DNA of 64,000 nt from IMG/VR virus record IMGVR_UViG_3300025869_002060, positions 164,349-228,348 of that record; one strand, given 5' to 3'. The notes below the pieces were generated by a model. It worked only from the letters and a program-made list of their open reading frames with translations. It was not told the DNA's origin and did no database searches. The translations under genes and the position numbers were made by a program. Shown piece after piece: positions 61,601 through 64,000 of this stretch. Within the stretch, counting starts at the first letter, position 1, and the number at the start of each line of letters is the position of its first letter.

Positions 61601-64000
61601 AACAAAATCATTTGCACTGTTCAATGTATATATTGACCAACGGTTTTCAATCGTACTATCAACCTTAACATATACTCTATGTCCTGCAGATAATGCTGTT
61701 AAATCAAGATATGCTAATTCATCATAAATGTCAACCACTGAATCAAATTCAGTTACTCCTGGTACAGGCTCAGAACTAAGTAGTCTAGTTAAAATCTTTT
61801 GTTGTCTAATAGGATGTTTTATTAATACAGCATTGGCTGAACCAACAAAGTTTTTTAGTGCTTCTTGTCTATTAATAATCATTGTCTGTCGAGGTCTAAC
61901 ATTGATGCCGTAACGATCCTGCTCAAGTAATCCAGAGTCTGGAACAACAAAACCTGATGAATCTTCACCTGCTAAACTATCAATTAATTTACTAATAATA
62001 CTTTCTGGAATATTACTATCAGGATTGCCTTCTTGTATCAATTCATATTCAGTGTGTACAGTATTAGAGTTGCGTATCTTATCGTAACGAATTTGTAAGA
62101 CTGTGTCTGTACCACTTAGTTTATCATTTACATTGTATAAACTTATTGCGTTTTCTGCAACCAATGCGGCATACGGAATACCTTGTAATTCAGGTTGCTC
62201 AATCATTTCTGCAATACCAACAATACTTCTAGTTTTGTTAATAGCACTATTTTTATTTGTTACCCAATAATAGTATTTTTCTTTAACAATTCCTGTGCTT
62301 TCGTCAACGGCAGTAGTAGTAACAAATGTTCCTTCGCCAGTATATTTTGGCACTCCGTCTGCATCAGTTAATGAAGTATATTCACTTGGCTTAACAGTAC
62401 TTTCAATCCATTCGCTAACACTTACTACACTTCCTGGGAATAATTTACCCCAGTTCTTAATACGATAAGTTAAGGAATCTTGTTCGTAGTCTACGTACCT
62501 AACCAAACTTAAATCCCACCAAGTTGTTCCAACTTGATCTTCACCCCAGTGCATGTTTTCGTCAACCTGTACGTCAACTCTGCTACTTGGGTTAGTTGTA
62601 TAAAAAGCAGGATCAGTTGCTGTTTTGTAATCAAGGTTTATTTCAGCTTGTCCTAGTACCTTTCCTTTAGCAGGATCAATATAATCAAAGTTTGAAATAA
62701 TTGAATTTGATTCTTTGCTATATATCAACATACGACTTAGTGTATCAATATCAACATGTGTACCTTCTTGCCTTGTACGTGACCAGATTCTGGTGTTATT
62801 AGTTTTGTATAACCAAGCAGTACCACCATTGGGCACAATATTGTCATCACCTGGATCGCCTACAATAATATATTGGTTTTTAAGATCAAGTCCCAGACCA
62901 AAGAAATCAAATCTACGATTCTTTATTAAGTCAAATTTCTGTGCAAATATTTGTAATCCTGTATTGGATACGTGAGTTTCTTTGTTTTCAAATAGTTCGT
63001 AAATGTATGCATTACTTCCAAAGATTTGATCAATAAATGCAGTACTGTTTCCATCAAATGTAGTAGTTGATTCTGTAGTATCTTCTGCTTTGTCAATTAT
63101 TAATGCTTGTAATGTTTTACTATTTCCGCTTCCAATTAGTAGCGTTTCATCTGAGTCGCCAACGCTGATACTTAATCCAAAGCTCTCACTACGTGCTCCG
63201 CCTGGCACTGCAATAGTTTGTTCGTATTCAAATTTACCAATATCTAAATCATCACATATTGTATGATCCATACCAGTAACAAATAGTTTGTTTCTTTTTA
63301 GTTTACTAGTGCTTTCAATAGTTAACAAACCATTGGCAATTGAACTGCTAATTCCTGGAATGCCGCTGGCATTAATCTGTTCACTCAATGTTTCAATTGA
63401 AGTGTCGTTTAGTGTAATTCTAAATCCATTAACGTACAAGTTGTCACCAGCAGTGAGTGATGGGTTTGCAACCTTAGCTGTTGCTTTACCAAGATATCTA
63501 TTTTTCTTTGTGTATCTGTAAACCTTACCACTATCATAAAAACTTGTTTTATATCCTGGTGCAGTAACATAAACACCTGCACCACTAGAGTCAACTGCAA
63601 TCTGCGATCCAAACAATGTATTAGCAATATTATCTTCGCTTGGAGCAGTAAGTTCTTGTACTTTGTCCCAATGTGTAGAACTAAATTTAATCTTTTGTCC
63701 TGATTCAACTGTTTCGGTTAAAATAATTTCTGACGTACTTGATAATGCATCTGTATAGCTTGTGCCATCAAGTAGTTCTTGTTCACCAACATAAACATTT
63801 GCCATGCTAGTAATATCAGGTGTTGGAGTATATGAAGTTGTGAGTGAATTAGATTTTTGGAATTCAACTCTTCGTTGATAGCAATATACTTTACCTGCGT
63901 CTGCTAAACCACCAACTGTTTCGCTTGGTGCTCCAACAAATAACTCTGACCCATCTTTGTTGCAATAAAGAAACTTGCCAAACTCTGCATCTGCATTAAT
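58679..64000 (-). CDS. Very large virion/baseplate-like protein, 5'-partial (>1770 aa)
   Basis: Reading frame stays open from ATG 63805 to the window edge (INADAEFGK...DGSELFVGAP); FG-GAP-like repeats and CBM5/12-like repeats. Confidence 0.8.
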   Translation of the reverse strand: MNADAEFGKFLYCNKDGSELFVGAPSETVGGLADAGKVYCYQRRVEFQKSNSLTTSYTPTPDITSMANVYVGEQELLDGTSYTDALSSTSEIILTETVESGQKIKFSSTHWDKVQELTAPSEDNIANTLFGSQIAVDSSGAGVYVTAPGYKTSFYDSGKVYRYTKKNRYLGKATAKVANPSLTAGDNLYVNGFRITLNDTSIETLSEQINASGIPGISSSIANGLLTIESTSKLKRNKLFVTGMDHTICDDLDIGKFEYEQTIAVPGGARSESFGLSISVGDSDETLLIGSGNSKTLQALIIDKAEDTTESTTTFDGNSTAFIDQIFGSNAYIYELFENKETHVSNTGLQIFAQKFDLIKNRRFDFFGLGLDLKNQYIIVGDPGDDNIVPNGGTAWLYKTNNTRIWSRTRQEGTHVDIDTLSRMLIYSKESNSIISNFDYIDPAKGKVLGQAEINLDYKTATDPAFYTTNPSSRVDVQVDENMHWGEDQVGTTWWDLSLVRYVDYEQDSLTYRIKNWGKLFPGSVVSVSEWIESTVKPSEYTSLTDADGVPKYTGEGTFVTTTAVDESTGIVKEKYYYWVTNKNSAINKTRSIVGIAEMIEQPELQGIPYAALVAENAISLYNVNDKLSGTDTVLQIRYDKIRNSNTVHTEYELIQEGNPDSNIPESIISKLIDSLAGEDSSGFVVPDSGLLEQDRYGINVRPRQTMIINRQEALKNFVGSANAVLIKHPIRQQKILTRLLSSEPVPGVTEFDSVVDIYDELAYLDLTALSAGHRVYVKVDSTIENRWSIYTLNSANDFVLTRVQSYDTNFFWDYVDWYAEGWSVTNRPDYTVDYEADVKKLSLVPAGSVIKVRYNQIGTFTLYRTINYNDVNNLTLIGLGNGTVQITDKLYDSSKYTLGFATENFDSERFDINPSVEIRNIFNALRFDIYIGELREEFNKLFFTLVYYILYTQRNTDWIFKTSFITVFHQLRELTQYPSYVKDNQNYYIDYINEVKPYRSKIREYLISYAGNDTFFGNVSDFDLPSYYEETIDAFRSPSGEGINDNTLLEQTQYQDWVSNKALTLESIQVAQGGEGYTVPPVVTVNDGVTGALSSVKPIAKINPSTGKVTSITFSGTYTFNSSPIININGNGTGGKAYPVMVNNKVRGLNTTIKFDRTTYRSNLVKWTSTLDVVSGDYVYYQNEIYQATQDVPASTIFDFRFFTQLSHEYGNALDRIVAYYVNEDGVAGEDLLTNLIIGINYPGVIVTGLKFSDENVAGDFIDSYIQSTYLDTALGTRAEDISIDGGAFVDKYSSHAPEELVPGINFDTLILSVFTRVTDNTGAIVSGPPLGYRVVHDLTGSQELCPTDWTSSITYNKGDYVKYNGIYYVAIADVKNKLTLTPDTNARWRFVWKPPVAWNSDADYDKTAYATYNGHTYVTRHKIDHKGTVAQTADLPVSASNIDFDLYYVTAESTHYYWKDTDNAWLVASADTWVPKSVYRKGDSIVYNGTLYKSRRGFNYKTEVADIASLPSTDQLESDVHFVTDQSNYYYWNGFNWAVAGSTPANQPAFWLGLTQISETLGSTPLSMPIIWQQVNVESNTGTCPVKFAPETSRKYYRIAEARSTVLTQPFDWSDTTLHLQDVSKIPDPDPGLGKPGVLYCQGEIIYYYEKDTVNNTVGRIRRGVLGTSVPATIAVGTRADDLGYLQSLPDNSDHTDWMNGLNEFGFIEVGDFDYIGPGFGYAFNQSFPDSPNDADSDPGDAPFDYSISISSGGGASEQATFLSKATAYNP

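Noticed and set aside
81-63708. Numerous 60-140 aa ORFs in the track that lie antisense or out of frame within longer genes (for example 2869..3279, 22312..22734, 41329..41754, 55444..55968, 56758..57165)
   Set aside because: They are shadows of well-supported genes with no RBS or motifs; the Pro-rich and repetitive ones simply mirror Gly-rich and collagen codons
1-64000. Stop-codon reassignment, introns, inteins, tRNAs or integrase/transposase
   Set aside because: Recognisable genes are full length under code 11 with no splice-like interruptions, and I saw no cloverleaf or recombinase motifs by eye; tRNAscan-SE and Infernal were not run

Overview
The window is a 64-kb segment of a large, AT-rich, T4-like (myovirus-type) dsDNA bacteriophage genome, densely coded with the standard genetic code. 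I saw no tRNA, rRNA, CRISPR array or mobile element. (1) 0.8-10.1 kb (+): a 7-deazaguanine pathway (folE, queD, queE, a second QueD-like paralog) with no queC/queF in the window. It is interleaved with a GT-B glycosyltransferase, GalE, a truncated DegT-type PLP enzyme, a cupin, a phosphoribosyltransferase, an unannotated 42-aa rubredoxin-like ORF and a hotdog-fold protein. (2) 10-26 kb: 5'-3' exonuclease, SleB-type hydrolase, a ParB/DGQQR plus EHxxP pair, a signal-less DctP, early genes behind GGTTGAC sigma70 promoters, MoxR plus zincin-VWA, and an alpha/beta hydrolase. (3) 25.8-27.1 kb: folA-thyA. (4) 27-50.6 kb: a ~23-kb biosynthetic island with an epimerase, DegT, SGNH-like proteins, several glycosyltransferase-like proteins, a carbamoyltransferase, six radical SAM enzymes with N-terminal SPASM-like domains, a SufT-like protein and an acyl carrier protein. 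(5) 50.7-64 kb (-): virion genes, including three related fibre-like proteins (one with Thr-rich collagen) and a >1770-aa FG-GAP/CBM-repeat protein that runs off the window. The best candidates for an undescribed system are a possibly sugar-decorated 7-deazaguanine DNA modification and the radical-SAM/carbamoyl/acyl glycan island next to the virion fibre genes. All family assignments come from motif recognition by eye; no searches were run.
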